Assembly: GCF_009834535.1 (NCBI RefSeq)
Contig: NC_045697.1
Location: forward strand, 97,404,001 to 97,468,000
Source: Camelus ferus
Lineage: Eukaryota
Direction of reading: 5' to 3'
DNA: 64,000 nucleotides
The notes under the pieces are model-generated. The model ran no database searches. It was not told the DNA's origin and saw only the letters and a program-made list of their open reading frames with translations. The first letter of the stretch is position 1. Every line of letters starts with the position of its first letter. Positions 1-12,790 of the stretch are shown here, in pieces. Both the position numbers and the translations under genes were made by a program.

Positions 1-450
1 ATTTTTATTTCTCCATGATCACACATGAAGTAAATGTCTCCCCTGAAACTCAAATCTAACTTTTTGCTTTTTAAATCACATTTGCAGGTAGACACCTAAT
101 AATACGTAACAGGCTGCTGTCTTACTATGCAATGTCGATAAAATTAAAAAAAAGTATTGTATTACGTTTGGGAATTTTCAAATAAGAAATAAAAGTTTGG
201 GTTAAGCTAATGCACTTCCAGGTCTCTAAAAGCATCAGTCATGCTTTACCTAGCCTCCAGGCTTTTATACAAACTGTTTTCTCTGCCTAGTTAAATAAAA
301 ACATACTTTAGAAATAAGTGGATGACACTGGAATCATTCACACATTGACTAATTTAACAATCAAAAGTTGGGTGCACACTGTGTATGGTGGTTCTATCTT
401 TCCTGAAATTACAGTCCAATGGGGGAGAAATGTTTCCATCAGATGGACAT

Positions 451-575
451 CCCATTTAGCTGTGTGACCATAAATAATCTGCTTATATCTCTGAGCCTTA
501 GTTTTTTTTTTAACCTATAAACAGGATTTAAGAGTTCTTACTAATGAGAGTGTTGTGCAGAATAAATATAGAAGC
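451..575 (+). mobile_element. MIR SINE fragment
   Basis: Resembles MIR core: tagctgtgtgacc...ctctgagccttagttt...tataaacagg...tgttgtgcagaataaat. Confidence 0.7.
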
Positions 576-849
576 ATTGAAATTCACCTTGCACAGTTAC
601 AGAACGGTTATGCCAGATTTGCATTTCAGCCATGTTTTTGATTCTTTCTTGTGTTACCTGTTCACTTTTCTAATTCTTACTCATTACTTAGCAATCTGAT
701 TACACATCATTTTTTTCCCAGAAAAGCTTCCCAGAAATTCCAGCACAAAATGCATTTTCATGTATATTCTTGTATCTACTTGTATATATCATTATCATAT
801 TAAAAGTCACTTTATTTTGTAATAAGCTGCATATGCTTTTCATCCCAAA

Positions 850-960
850 GTAGACTGCTAGAGGATTCCTCAGGGTAGGGTAAGCTCTGTCCTATTCACC
901 AGTGTGTTTGTAGCGCCTACCACATTCCTGAAGCACAGTGGACTTCTAATAAGTGTTTGA
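850..960 (+). mobile_element. L2 LINE 3' end
   Basis: tagactg...gggtaggg...ctattcacc...agcgcctaccaca..cctg...aataagtgttt resembles the L2 3' terminus. Confidence 0.7.
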
Positions 961-1511
961 GGTTGAAGGTTCTTGGAGTGCAGGGGAGTAAGAGAGGTAG
1001 GAGTGGTGAACTGGATGATGGCTGTGTCAGTATTTCAACTTGCATTGGGTCTACAGCGAACATTGCAGGAAGGCCATTATCAACCCAACAGCCATCTGAA
1101 TGCTCTGACTCTCTGTGCTGCCTTTCTGTTTAACAGGCTCCATAGAGAAGGTGGGAGAACAGGCCATGGGCACTGTGTTCCTGGGACACTACAGAAAAGG
1201 TCCACATAGTAGAGGGAATGTTGAACTCAGAAAACCCCCAGAGAATAAATAGAAACTTACTACCTTCTTTGATCTTGCTTAGGAAAATATAGTACCTGTA
1301 AGTAAAATCTGAAAATATAGCGCTTATTGTCTCACTCATTATTATAAGGATTAAATAACCCTGATATGTGAACAGAACTTGTAGACTCAGGTAACATTAG
1401 GTATAATTTTGTCATGAGTCACATGATTTCATTATGCTGGCTCTGAAGATGAAAAATTTAAAGCTACTGAGTCATTTTTTGTTTCCTCCAAGATATTAAG
1501 GAAGTTCGCTT

Positions 1512-1580
1512 AAAAAAGATTTTTTTTTTAATTGAGGTATAGTCAGTTTACAATGCTGTGTCAATTTCTGGTGTACAACG
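1512..1580 (-). mobile_element. Extremely 5'-truncated (~70 bp) lineage-specific L1 3' end with TSD
   Basis: T-tract then aattgaggtatagtcagtttacaatgctgtgtcaatttctggtgtaca; flanked by aggaagttcgctt (1499-1511) and aggaagttcactt (1581-1593). Confidence 0.85.
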
Positions 1581-3774
1581 AGGAAGTTCACTTTTGGAAT
1601 GACTCTCAAAGCATCTTTATTCTAGCAGTGGTTCTTTAAGATAAACAGGGAGCACTTCATCCTTCATGATGGATGTGGGCTGCTCTGCTGATGTGACAGA
1701 TTTACTTTTTTGTAAGGTTTTTCTTTAAGAAATATAGTCACTGATCCTCTTTTAACAATTAGGCCTAGAGTAAGAGGGGAAATGATCATTTATAACCCTC
1801 TACCCAACACAGCAAACTAGAAAGGATGTTCCTAATTCAAAGGAGATACAAACAGAACAACACAAGGGAAAGTGGAGAGAACAACAGCAAAAAAACCAAC
1901 AAAACAGCAAAAGAAAGAGAGGTTGGAAAAGCTTTCAAAACTTGTAAAGCTTTAATACAGTGTATCTGACATATCTCAGTGGAGTGTGCACCAGAGGAGA
2001 AAAAAAGCATGTCATTGCTCTGAAACTGTCTTTTCTAATTCAGTGCATCCATGTATTGTTATAAATCTGTTTCCCAATCTTGCTTTTTCACTGAAAGATG
2101 CAGACACAGGGGAACAAGCTTCACTGCTATCTATCAGCTCAGATCAGAAGTTCCTTTCAGTCTGACACTGACAGCTTAATGAAATGGAGTCCGAGATGCA
2201 TGCAAATGAGAGAAAGACTGGTAAGGTAATGACCATACAGAGTACTAAAAATGGACCAGAGGTAGGATGACTTGTAGCTACATTTTTATTCCCTTAGGCA
2301 AGAGCAGTGAGACTAAGGTGAAAAGACGGCTTTCTATGGATGGTTTATGGAAACTGCCTTCACAACTTTATATACACAACTTAAATATGGCCTAATGAAA
2401 TAATTGAAGCTATAACACTTTTTAAATGAAAAAGGCTATTTTTTTTCATTTTGATAAATGAAGATGATGATAGAATCTCAGGTCTCATCATGTAAACTTG
2501 CACTGTGTATTGCAATTCTGTCTTGTAGTTGAATTCTTTAAATTAAAGAGAGATTTACATAGAATGAACTGAAAATTGACCCAATCCTTTACTCAAAACA
2601 TAGCAGACATTTATTAGCATTCATTTCCCTGTTAGTTTTTATTTCACATGCCTCCACCCTTCTTTAGCTTTTGTAGGAGAAGGAGAATAGGGGGAAAACA
2701 GTGGGAAGAATTTCTTGTTACAGACTCCAGGTTATCACTGTAAGCAGGAAGTTCTCAAAATATCATGAGACTATCAGAATTGCGAGAGAATTAACAGCAT
2801 TAACTTTGGTGAGGAGGTGATGGTTGTGTGAAAATTCTTTGAATGAGAGTATAAAATTTAGTCTGCACCCATCCTTATTGAACCCAATTACTGCTCCTTA
2901 AAAGGATTACCTATCAGTGATTTCATTCTTGATTTGTACCCATTTATGCTGAGTATTTGGAAACTGTGTCTCTATATTTGTTATAACTTACCAGTATCCT
3001 CCAAAATAGACAAGTTACCTTATAAAACTATCTTAGACAAAAGTAGCATAAAGATATTGCTGTTTCTAGGATTTTAATCTCTTATTTAAATGTCTATAAT
3101 GCCATTAGGATTACTAGTGTAAGAGAAACCTGATTTTTACCAATCACCAGCTAGATTTGTATCTAATGTCACTCTGTATACTCAGAGCATTTCAGAGCTT
3201 ATACCAAGGATACAGCTGGAATCAGAATTAGCAGAAAGTTCATTGGTAGAGCTTTAAAGTAGAGAAAGACCATTCCTGAAATTCTGTTCTTAAATCAGTT
3301 TAAACTAGGTGCTACATTGTCCTGTATGGAAGGTTTTGACCGCTATTCTGTTCTCCATAATTTTTTCTTTATTCTCTTAACTAGAGTCACAAGGAAAAAA
3401 AATCGAGATGTATTAAATTAAATTCCCTCTTTTATTTAAAGTTAAGAAATACCCACTACTTTGCAGTCCTGGACTATCTATCAAAGGCCAGGAAGAGAAA
3501 CATTATATTTGAGTGAGGATAACTTTAAAAATATATAGTCAGTCCATGAAGTTATCCAGACACTTAAAGTATATTCTTAGATTGCACCAGATCACCAGAA
3601 ATGTGTATACCTAGTAATTTTATTGGTATTTCAGGAAAAAAAAATGCATTTTGGGGGGCCATTACCTTACGGCAAAAGTAATTATGAAAACAAAAATCCT
3701 AAGGAACTCATTTGAAGGATCTACTGTGACAATTTTTTGGAGCCAAAATTGGCTAATTGTTAAAAGATAAAAAA

Positions 3775-4040
3775 TGTAACAATCTTTGGTTACTTAACAC
3801 AATAGAAGCTTATTTATCTCAGTCTAGTTGGGCAACCTTCCTCAAGGTCATTCTATCTAGTGGCTTTCTCAGTGTGAGGGCCCCTGGAAGGTGCCCTCCA
3901 TCTGAACTAGAAAAGAGGGAGGAGAGAGAGCATGGGGGTCTCATGAACAGTTCTTTAGAGGCCATACCTAGATTATATAAACCTTACGTCTTTCCATATT
4001 ACGTCAGACAGAATTCAGTCAGATGTCTCCTTCTAACTGC
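3775..4040 (-). mobile_element. MaLR LTR (old MLT1J/K-like) fragment
   Basis: ttaacacaatagaagcttattt...gagagcatgggggtctcatg...ttccatatt..cagacagaattcagtca..tg..cttctaactgc, typical of reverse-strand MLT1. Confidence 0.55.
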
Positions 4041-4489
4041 TATTTAATATAGAATAGCTGGGGTTCTGTTAAAACACAGCATAGGCTAAGCTAATATTAT
4101 TGGAGATGGTGTTCTTTATTATTTTCAGTATGTCAGAGCTCCAGGAGAATTCTCACTGGGCAATTTGATTTTTTTTTTTTAATGGATGATGGCTATTGTG
4201 TAAAGGACAAATCTCTTATGTTGTAATGTAGGTATATAAGTAATTATGATAGGTTTGGATATACATTTTTTTTCTCTAAATAAGGTTGTCTCTCTTTGCT
4301 TATTCTCTTCATGTAGCTGATAAATTTATCATATATTTTACACAATTGTGTTAACTAATTGATGACTGCTATAATAAATCCATGAACAGATAAAAACAAA
4401 TAGATAAATGTATTTACATAAATAAATACATAGGTAATTACATAAGTAGATGGACAGATAACTAATTAGGTTAATGACAGGCAAATCAA

Positions 4490-4870
4490 TGTACAGTCCT
4501 TAGTATGAACAATACAAGATGCTAGGTACTGAGGGTGCAGAGATAAAAAATTCTATCTTTCTTAAAGAAAATTATAATTTGATAGAAAAGACATTACAGT
4601 GAGGTATGTATAATGACAGATGGTATAAACATAAGTGGCATTAAAAACAATAAACCCAAACAAGGGTAGAGAAAGAGATGGAAATTGATAGTCAATGGAA
4701 GCTTCTTTAAAGCAGGAGAATCTTGAAACATTAATTAAATAGTGTGGAAATATTCCAGGTTGCTGGAGAGTCATATACAAAGGCAATACAATGTGAGAAA
4801 ATGTTCTGTGTTTGGAAAAATTCAGTAAAACCTCAGTATAGTGCAGTATCATGTGGAGTTATAATTGGCC
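4490..4870 (-). mobile_element. L2 LINE fragment
   Basis: tgctaggtactgagggtgcagagataaa...ggaagcttctttaaagcaggag...attccagg...caaaggc, the purine-rich antisense L2 pattern. Confidence 0.6.
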
Positions 4871-4904
4871 TTATATTTAATGCAAAATAAATGGGAATCC
4901 AGCC

Positions 4905-5035
4905 TACAACGCAAAGTTACATAATTGCTTAGAGTCTGACTCAGTAGGTAGGGCTTTGAGATACTCATTGTTAGCCAACATCTCAGGTGATACTGATACA
5001 AATAATTAGATAAAACTTTCTGGAACATTACTTGG
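4905..5035. mobile_element. MER5-like hAT MITE fragment
   Basis: agagtctgactcagtaggt.gggc...tctcaggtgatactgat resembles the MER5 core. Confidence 0.5.
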
Positions 5036-5289
5036 TCATGAGAATCCTTTGACACTTCACCAGGCAGTAACAAGGGAAGGTTTCTTATGAAAGTAATAAA
5101 TACTCTCATAGTTGGGTTACAAAAATGGGTTAACACAGGTTGGTAGTAGGCAATAATACAAATTATGAAGTTGTGGAATAATCTAGGTGAGAAATGCTGA
5201 AAATTAGACACTACTGGGAGCGAACAAAAGATGTGCAAAAGGAAACAGAATCAGCTGGAGAATACAAAAGCCATCACTCTTGTATACTA

Positions 5290-5488
5290 AATTCCTTACA
5301 TAATTTAAATAATTTAGTCCTCACATCTCCACACTGAGCATATGTTATCTCCTTTTATAGATGCAGAGCATTTCAATGACAGTTTCAATAACGTGCCTGA
5401 TGTTACATGACAGGAGTAAGTTGCACAGGATTCCAGCCCACACGGACTTCAAGGCTCACTATTTTCAAAACCATGATGTACTGCCTCT
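5290..5488 (-). mobile_element. MIR SINE
   Basis: atttagtcctcaca...ccttttatagatgcag...acgtgcctgatgttaca...gacttcaaggctcac...tactgcctct. Confidence 0.7.
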
Positions 5489-6064
5489 TGGGAATCAGAG
5501 GACAGGAGCTCCACTTTGGGAAAGTTTGCCTGAGAGAGGAGAGAGAGAGAGGCCTAGAACCAGAGTGAAATTTATAGCGTAAGGAGGTACTTCTGTGGTT
5601 GTGGCTGTGATTTTTAAAGAGAGAATCTGTTTAAGAATGTTTATTTGCTGAGGGCAGTATATCGGTAGAGACAGAGACAGAGAGGAGTGGGGAATTTATA
5701 GGACACGGTCATGGAGAAGCAGGAGGAGATGGCACCTAAAGCATAGTCGGGAAGCAGCCTGGAAAGAATGACAGATGTGTTCTCCTCTGGGGCAGAAGAG
5801 CAAGGTGTAAGTAAAGATGTGTGTAAAGGAGCAAAATGTCAAAATCGGGGAAGGGACAGAATCATGGGAAGGCGGCTGACTTTCCTGACAGCCTTCATTC
5901 CTGTGGCGTACATGTTTGAGATGAGAGATTATGTGGGCAAATCATGAATATCATCCTGGGCTGGTAAGGGGATAAAACATGGCAGTCAAGATGTGGGATC
6001 TGCATGAGGTCAGAGAAAAATTACATTAGATGTACCTGATTGAGAGCTGTAAAGGACAGTTACT

Positions 6065-6257
6065 AATATATATAAAGTAGATAAGTAACAAGTTCATACT
6101 GTACAGCACAAAGAACTATATTCAATATCTTGTAGTAACTTATGGTGAAAAGAATATGAAAACAAATATGTGTATGTTCGTGTATGATTGCAGTATTGTG
6201 CTGTACACCAGAAACTGACAAAACATTGTAAACTGACTATACTTCAATTAAAAAAAA
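6065..6257 (+). mobile_element. Truncated lineage-specific L1 3' end
   Basis: atataaagtagataagtaacaag...tgctgtacaccagaaactgacaaaacattgtaaactgactatacttcaattaaaaaaaa; same 3' terminus as copies at 1512 and 26073. Confidence 0.85.
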
Positions 6258-6267
6258 TACACGTAGT

Positions 6268-6435
6268 GGGTGGAGAGTATAGCTCAGCGGCAGAGCACAT
6301 GCTTAGCATGCATGAGGCCCTGGGTTCAATCCCTGGTACCTCCATTAAAGAATAAATAAATAAGAATAAATGAACCTAATTACCTCCCCCCCAAATTAAA
6401 ATAAATGAATAAAAATTAAAAATAAGTAAGTAAAA

Positions 6436-6437
<2 letters not shown>
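6268..6437 (+). mobile_element. tRNA-derived SINE (camelid vic-1-like)
   Basis: tRNA-like head with A box (tagctcagcgg) and B box (gggttcaatccc), then (aaat)n, aacctaattacctccccccc and an A-rich tail. Confidence 0.85.

Positions 6438-6483
<46 letters not shown>
6438..6483. repeat. (TA)n microsatellite, ~23 units
   Basis: Perfect TA run directly after the SINE tail. Confidence 0.95.
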
Positions 6484-6489
<6 letters not shown>

Positions 6490-9400
6490 AAAAGGATACA
6501 TTACTTTTTTCTGAAGACAGAGGAGTTCTGGGTAATAAGTTCCAGGATGGGGCTATAGATAGAGGTGAATGACATTTTCCCTCGAGTTGAATCAACACAT
6601 ATTTGAAGGCAGAGAGAAAATCACTAGTGAAAGGAAGATATTGAAAATAAACATTGTGGCAAATATAGGAATCTTTTTAATAGAAAGTGATCATAGATCA
6701 CTTACTTTCTATATAAAAAATCATTCTAAACTTAACTTTACATCAAGAATGACAAATCTGAAGCAGAAGAGCTATTACTTCTCTCCCACCAGCAAATATT
6801 CCTTATCAATCTTAATACTCATTCATTAAAAAAAAAAATGGGAGGACAGCCTCACATTACATTTTAACTTAGCACTCTAGGCAACCGCATTAGTTGTTGC
6901 ATTCTCCTAAATCTATTTACTATACTTGATAAATGGTAACTAGCTTATATTGACAATTTTATAATAACAGTGCTGTTAATTTTGACTCCACTGGCTTATC
7001 ATTTCTAAACCGTGTTATTAATATAAAATACATTTACTACTAAAACTGTTTTTAAGATTATTTGGATTTTATCCTAATTATGAAGGCAATTTGAAGAATA
7101 TAAAATTCTCTTATAATTTAAATATGTAATACTGTGTCAGATATTTTGTCTAAATATACATGTCTGTACCTATCTTGATATATTCTTAATCGGTCTTTAC
7201 AAATAGGGAGAATTGAAAGAGATCAGTAGGGAAAATGAGAAAAATCATGAGATTACTAAATACACAGGAAAAAAAACCCTGAATTTTTAAAAGTGCCTTC
7301 ACTTTCTAAGTTTCCTGACATTTAGAATCCATCTGAACTCTTATTTCTAGCTGCAGAAATGGAGCAATTTGTTCTTTAAACACTGTTCTTGTGAAGACAT
7401 ATTGTTCTCCATGCACTCCATTAAGTTTTCATTTGCTAAACTTGAGTCAACTAAGGCAGAAGAAATATATTTTGAGAGCAAGATAGAAATAAAGCAATTT
7501 ATAGAGAAAATTTAACTAGTTTTCAACAGAATCTTGTGTTGTCAATTTTATCTTTTTTTGTGCAGGAAACTTAATTAATTATGCCTGGAGAATGATAAAT
7601 TCTAAGACTGCAAGGGAAAGAACAGTTTCCAATTTCTGAAAAGTGATTAAAATGCTCTTTTACGGCCTGAGTTAGTAGACTTTTCCCTCTCTATGGGCTT
7701 GCTTCCCCACCCCCCCTTATAGAAATGTCTTGGTGAATACATCCCCTTTGCTACAAAAGAAACAAATGATAAGATATTTTTAAATCTCTCTATGCATAAC
7801 CCAGGATTTCTGAAAAGATTAAATAAATTTAGATGAGGAAGAAGAGGAATACATTCATGCACACATGGAAACCCCCAGTTTTTAAGTAGGATTTAATTAT
7901 TGTAAAAATGGTTGATGTTCAACTTTGGAAACTTTAGATAAAAACCAAAGAAAGCCGGAAATTATTGTAAGGAAGTGAAGGAAGGTGGGTGTCATCAAAG
8001 CTGAAAGAATAAACAGTGATAGTTTATATTAGTTTGTTTTCTTTTTAGTAAAATAATCTCACATAAATTAGTTCCTTTAGATTTTTCCTTTGACCTTAAG
8101 TTGTTCAAGCCTAGAGGAATTGGCAGAAATCCTCTTCTGTCATTGAACTCTATGTGAATGTAGATGCTTAGTAGTTCACACAGTTCACAGACTTTTGATC
8201 TGAATAGATGAGAAACAGAGGATGGAAAGTCAGGAATTTCTAATAGAAATTAAGATAGCATTTCCTCCAAGATAAGGGCCTCTCTGGTTATATTTTTAGT
8301 TTGATAAAAACCTAGTGCTTTATAGCATATAAAACAATGCTTTTGAGTATTCCTTGCATGATATTTCTGCCATTTCCCCATAATCATCATCTTCACTACT
8401 TCGCTCTCAGTATCACATCAGACCCTACAAGATCTTTCTTTTACTTTGTTTTTCAAAATAAGATCATATATGGAATATATCCACATATCAGACAAATCAA
8501 TGGCAAGTTCTACCTGTGAAGTGTGATTGTATCCCGCTTTGATGGAATTGTATCTACTCAGGTTATAGTCCTTTGCCATGAGTCTTTCTCTGCGTCAGTG
8601 ATGGTAAGACTAGTGCAAACATGGCCATTTACCTGTACTTGCCTCTACATCACTGTGTAGACCAAGTATTCACTGGTCTGTGGTGAAATGAGAAAAAGAA
8701 GAAGAACAATATGGGACATTTTAAATTAAGTTACATGTATTCCTTGAAATTACTCTCTCTATATAGTGTACATATTTTCTTACTTTTGGTGCAAAAATGC
8801 CCCTCTTTAGGGTAAGAGTATATGGTAAGTCAAGAGCTCAGTTTTGCTCCCCGTTTTCTCATTTGACAACCTCTCCCTGCCTACATATGCACACACACTC
8901 ACAAAGCCAAGCACACAGCACAATGGTCGTTCCCTCATCTACCCTTGTCAATTAAAAAAATCATTTTAATTAGCCCTTGAAAAGAAACCTGAGCATCTTC
9001 ATCATTATGGTTAAGAAGTTCACCTAAAACTGTTAAGCCATGTCTTACTGTGGTCTTCTTTGGGCAACTCTTTCATGAGGTCATTTAGAAATAGTGTGTG
9101 ATTAAACAACAGTATATCAGCAACTCTTGAGAATTTCATACTCTGCAGATTCAGAGGTAAAACTATCCATCAATATCTGTGATTATATCCAGGATGATAA
9201 GCATATGAAAACAAGGATCTTAAAGAGATCCTTTATGTAATGATATGATCATAATTCCCTTATGTTTCATGACCGTACATGTAATTAGGCAAAAATACAA
9301 ATTCCTAGCATAGTCATTGTTGAAACTTCTCATTCCTGTTAAAGTCAAGTATATGTTAAGCAAACTTGAAATTTGTGCATTCTTCTGCTCTCAGAAGTAA

Positions 9401-11499
9401 AAAATAAAACATTTTTATGTTTTATATTAAAATTTTTGTATTACTTTCTTGAGTTTTAATGGTTTGAGAAGAGCCCCAGATCATCTGTTACTTCCTAACT
9501 CTACTCAGGTCATGTGATTCAATAATGGGCTGTCCACCTTCTCTCTATATATATTTCACATCCAGGAATAATTGTCAACCCAAATGAGTGCTGTTTCCGT
9601 ATAATTCTTCTAATCTCATTAACAGGAGTTACTGGTTTTGCATTCTCATATATACTTGGACCTGATTTTTTGGTGGCTTTCAGCCAGAGTTCTTATAAAC
9701 ACCTTGTTTTAATATTCTAACAGCAAAAGAATGTTTTCAATTCTGCCTTTAGAGACCATCTTTTATTTTCTCTCAGTACTAAATAATACACATGTTAGTT
9801 GAATTCAGTCTGTAGCATCCACTGTATACTTGCAGGAGTAAGCATCTCATTAAACATCTGACCATGAAAACAAGTACTCATAATTCTTTACATTGCTCTC
9901 ATAGGAAATCACAGGTTAGCAGTTATGTATTAACAGAGAAGTACAGTCACTCATATTGCTTTAAATTTCTCTTTGTTTAATTAGATGGTACCATATTGTC
10001 AAAGTGTTTTTTGTTGAAGAACATTGGGTATTTTAATAATTTATGTAAGATCAATTTGAATTATTTGGACTCTCATATTTAAGTAAATGAGAGAGATTAG
10101 CAGTTGTTTTTAATGCATAGGTGCACATTCATGCATACAGGGGTCTGGGGCTTCCACTGTGATTGGAAATAGATGGACGTTGTCAGGGAAATCACTCTTT
10201 ATTCAACAATGTCTATGTCAGGACTTGGGTGGAGGGGATGTGGACAACAGAGATTAGTTGATTTGTCTTGAACTTGTATGTTTCTGTGCTTTCTGAGATT
10301 GAAGACTTCTTTAGGTGCTTGAGGAGGACTGAAGGAGATTATGGGGGGCTGAAACATTTAAACTTATTGTTAATATATTCTTACTAAACACAGAATCTTT
10401 GAGCATTTTTATCCTCACTTAATGACTATGTTGTTAGCTTGTTTATTTCTTGTAATATCTGTTTCATACAGAAGGAGAAATGGGTTTACTTTGAATAATA
10501 ATCTTTGCTCCATCCAAGCACAGTGATTACTTGGGCACATTTACATCACACTATACTTAGAAGTTTTATGCTTTAGTTAAATGAAGCTCTGAAACCTAAC
10601 TGTTTTTTTAAATGATACGTTTGAATTTCCAGTCATGTATTTTCATCACATATACTCCTCAGATAAAGGAAAAGCTCCTATTTTCCACTATCTTAAAAGA
10701 AGTATTTTCCTTGGGTAACAGCTGTAATCCATGCATTCATGTACAAGCACCGGCTTATTAATTTAGAATCAGGTATTTCACTATATGTGACACTGTAATT
10801 AGAGTCTAAGCTAAATTTTACATTTGCCTGGTGAACTCTTTATAAGATTTCTGCTGAAGTCCAGGCCCAGAAAAATCTGGAGTTTTCAAGCAATTCTCAC
10901 ATGAAAAAATATTTTAAGTAAAGGTGTATTCAAAGTTGGGAAGCTGGTTGAGTTTAGCCATACCTTTCATACCGAGTTTCTCAAAGGCAAAAATACAGTC
11001 CCTTACTGTTAACTTCTGCCTCCATAACTCCTCTACCCACAATAGTCTGTGCTCCTCCAGAAACTCTGTTCCTTAGAAAACAAAATCAATTTCAGTCTTG
11101 CCCCAACAGAAATCTGTCTCTGTTCCTAAGGATACTAAGTTCTTGTCAGCTACTTATTATTCTAGACCTTCATGTTTTCAGGGTAGAAAATAGCATTCAT
11201 ATTCACCTCTCCCACCCAAGTGTATTGCTAGATTTTCACTTTTTCTTTCTCATTCAGATCAAACAAAACAGCAACAATATAAACAATAAAATTCCTTTGG
11301 CATACAACTTTATGTAGAACCCTATCTGTCATCATTTAAAAAATTTAAAACACGCTTGTGATTTAAAAAAATCATTTACTACTGAAAGGCTATAATGAAA
11401 GCAAGCATATCTATTGCACCCCTCAGTCTCATTCCCCCAAATTAACCCATTTTAGATGTTATTTCTGTTAGTTGGCCAAACCTTTGAAATACATATTTA

Positions 11500-11950
11500 G
11501 TAGTGATTTAGTGGTGTAAAACAAAAAGCCAAAAGATAGTTATTGAAATTTTTCTTAAGGCTAGAGATTGGTTTATGGGGGAGCGCTCTGCTGACTGGGT
11601 GGGACTTGGCTGAACTTGGCTGAGCTTACTCATACATTTTGTTTAGTTGTCTAGGTCAGCTTGGGACATGCTGGTCTAGTATGGCCTCAGCTAGTGTGGT
11701 TGACAGATTTCTCACATACACAAGTCTCTCTTCTCCAGTAGACTCGCCCTGTTCTCTTGACATGGTCTCATGGCAACTGAAAGAACCAAAGGGAAAGGAA
11801 AATGTGCGTGCACTCTTTCAAATCTCTGCTTTCATCTTCCTATTCTGCTATTCAAAGCAAGTCACATGCCAAGTACAGAGTCTTCTTGAGAGGATATCTC
11901 CAAGGAGAATGGTTGTGGGGAAGCCACTGATTGGGTCCATAGATGAAATC
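11500..11950 (-). mobile_element. MaLR LTR (MLT1H/I-like)
   Basis: ttagtggtgtaaaacaa...ctggtctagtatggcctcagct...ctccagtagact...aaagcaagtcacatgccaag. Confidence 0.7.
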
Positions 11951-12049
11951 AAGCTGGCTTCCTCTTCTAGAATATGAGATGCATATCTCAATTAGATCCC
12001 TAATCAAAGATATTAAATTTTCTTAGTCATTGTGTATGTGAAAAGTCTT

Positions 12050-12195
12050 TTTTTAAACATTTTTTATTGACTTATAATCATTTTACAACGTTGTGTCAAA
12101 TTCCATTGTAGAGCACAATTTTTCGGTTATACATGAACATATATATTATTCATTGTCACCTTTTTTTCTCCGTGAGCTACCATAAGATCTTGTAT
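12050..12195 (-). mobile_element. L1 3' end portion of a U6-L1 chimera
   Basis: ttttaaacattttttattgacttataatcattttacaacgttgtgtcaaattcc...gagctaccataagatcttgtat abuts the U6 3' U-tract; TSD tgtatgtg(g)aaaagtctt at 12033-12049 and 12301-12318. Confidence 0.85.
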
Positions 12196-12196
12196 A

Positions 12197-12300
12197 AAAA
12201 ATTTGGAACGCTTCACAAATTTGCCTGTCATCCTTGTGCAGAGGCCACGCTAATCTCTGTATCATCCCAATTTAAGTATATGTGCTGCTGAAGCAAGCAC
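12197..12300 (-). pseudogene. RNU6: Full-length U6 snRNA retrocopy (part of U6-L1 chimera)
   Basis: Reverse complement GTGCTTGCTTCAGCAGCACATATACTTAAATTGGGATGATACAGAGATTAGCGTGGCCTCTGCACAAGGATGACAGGCAAATTTGTGAAGCGTTCCAAATTTTT; by hand alignment to recalled U6, 11 substitutions (5 CpG transitions) and a 3-nt deletion. Confidence 0.97.
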
Positions 12301-12319
12301 TGTATGTGGAAAAGTCTTA

Positions 12320-12790
12320 TCCTCACATAGTTTAAACCTTTGGCTATCTTACAGAATTCTTGATTAGAAATCATATTTTACGGATACATATAAATTGTCC
12401 TTTCATCGTAATTTCATTGTCCTTTAGGGTCCAATATTGTTATTGAGAAGCTCAGTGTCATTTTTTCTTATTCTTTTATTTGTGTCCTATTTTAATAGCT
12501 TTTGGAAGATTTTAGAATGTTTATTTATTACTTATTCCTTTTCTCTTTATCCTAGAAGAGATTTTAATGCTGTGCCCTAACATTGATAGTTCCATGGTTG
12601 TCTGAGCACCCCGTGGACTCTTTTATTATGGAGACTCATGTTCTTCAGGTCTGGGAAAATTTCCTATATTGTGTCTTTGATAGTTTCCCTTCCTCTATTT
12701 ACTCTGATCTCTCTTTCTGGAAGTTTCAATTACTTCGATGTTAGACTTCCTTTATTATTCATTTAAGTCTTTTATTTTGGATATATGTAA
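12320..12790 (-). mobile_element. Ancient L1 (L1M/L1ME-like) fragment
   Basis: T-rich text: acagaattcttgattag...attgttattgagaag...ggagactcatgttcttcaggtctgggaaaatttcct...gatgttagacttcct. Confidence 0.6.

Noticed and set aside
6268..6345. tRNA gene (also 49215-49285)
   Set aside because: A and B boxes are present, but the sequence continues into a SINE body and A-rich tail, and the second copy has a TSD; these are SINE heads.
12197..12300. Functional U6 snRNA gene
   Set aside because: Multiple substitutions and a deletion, fused to L1, bounded by a TSD, and no PSE/TATA promoter recognisable upstream.
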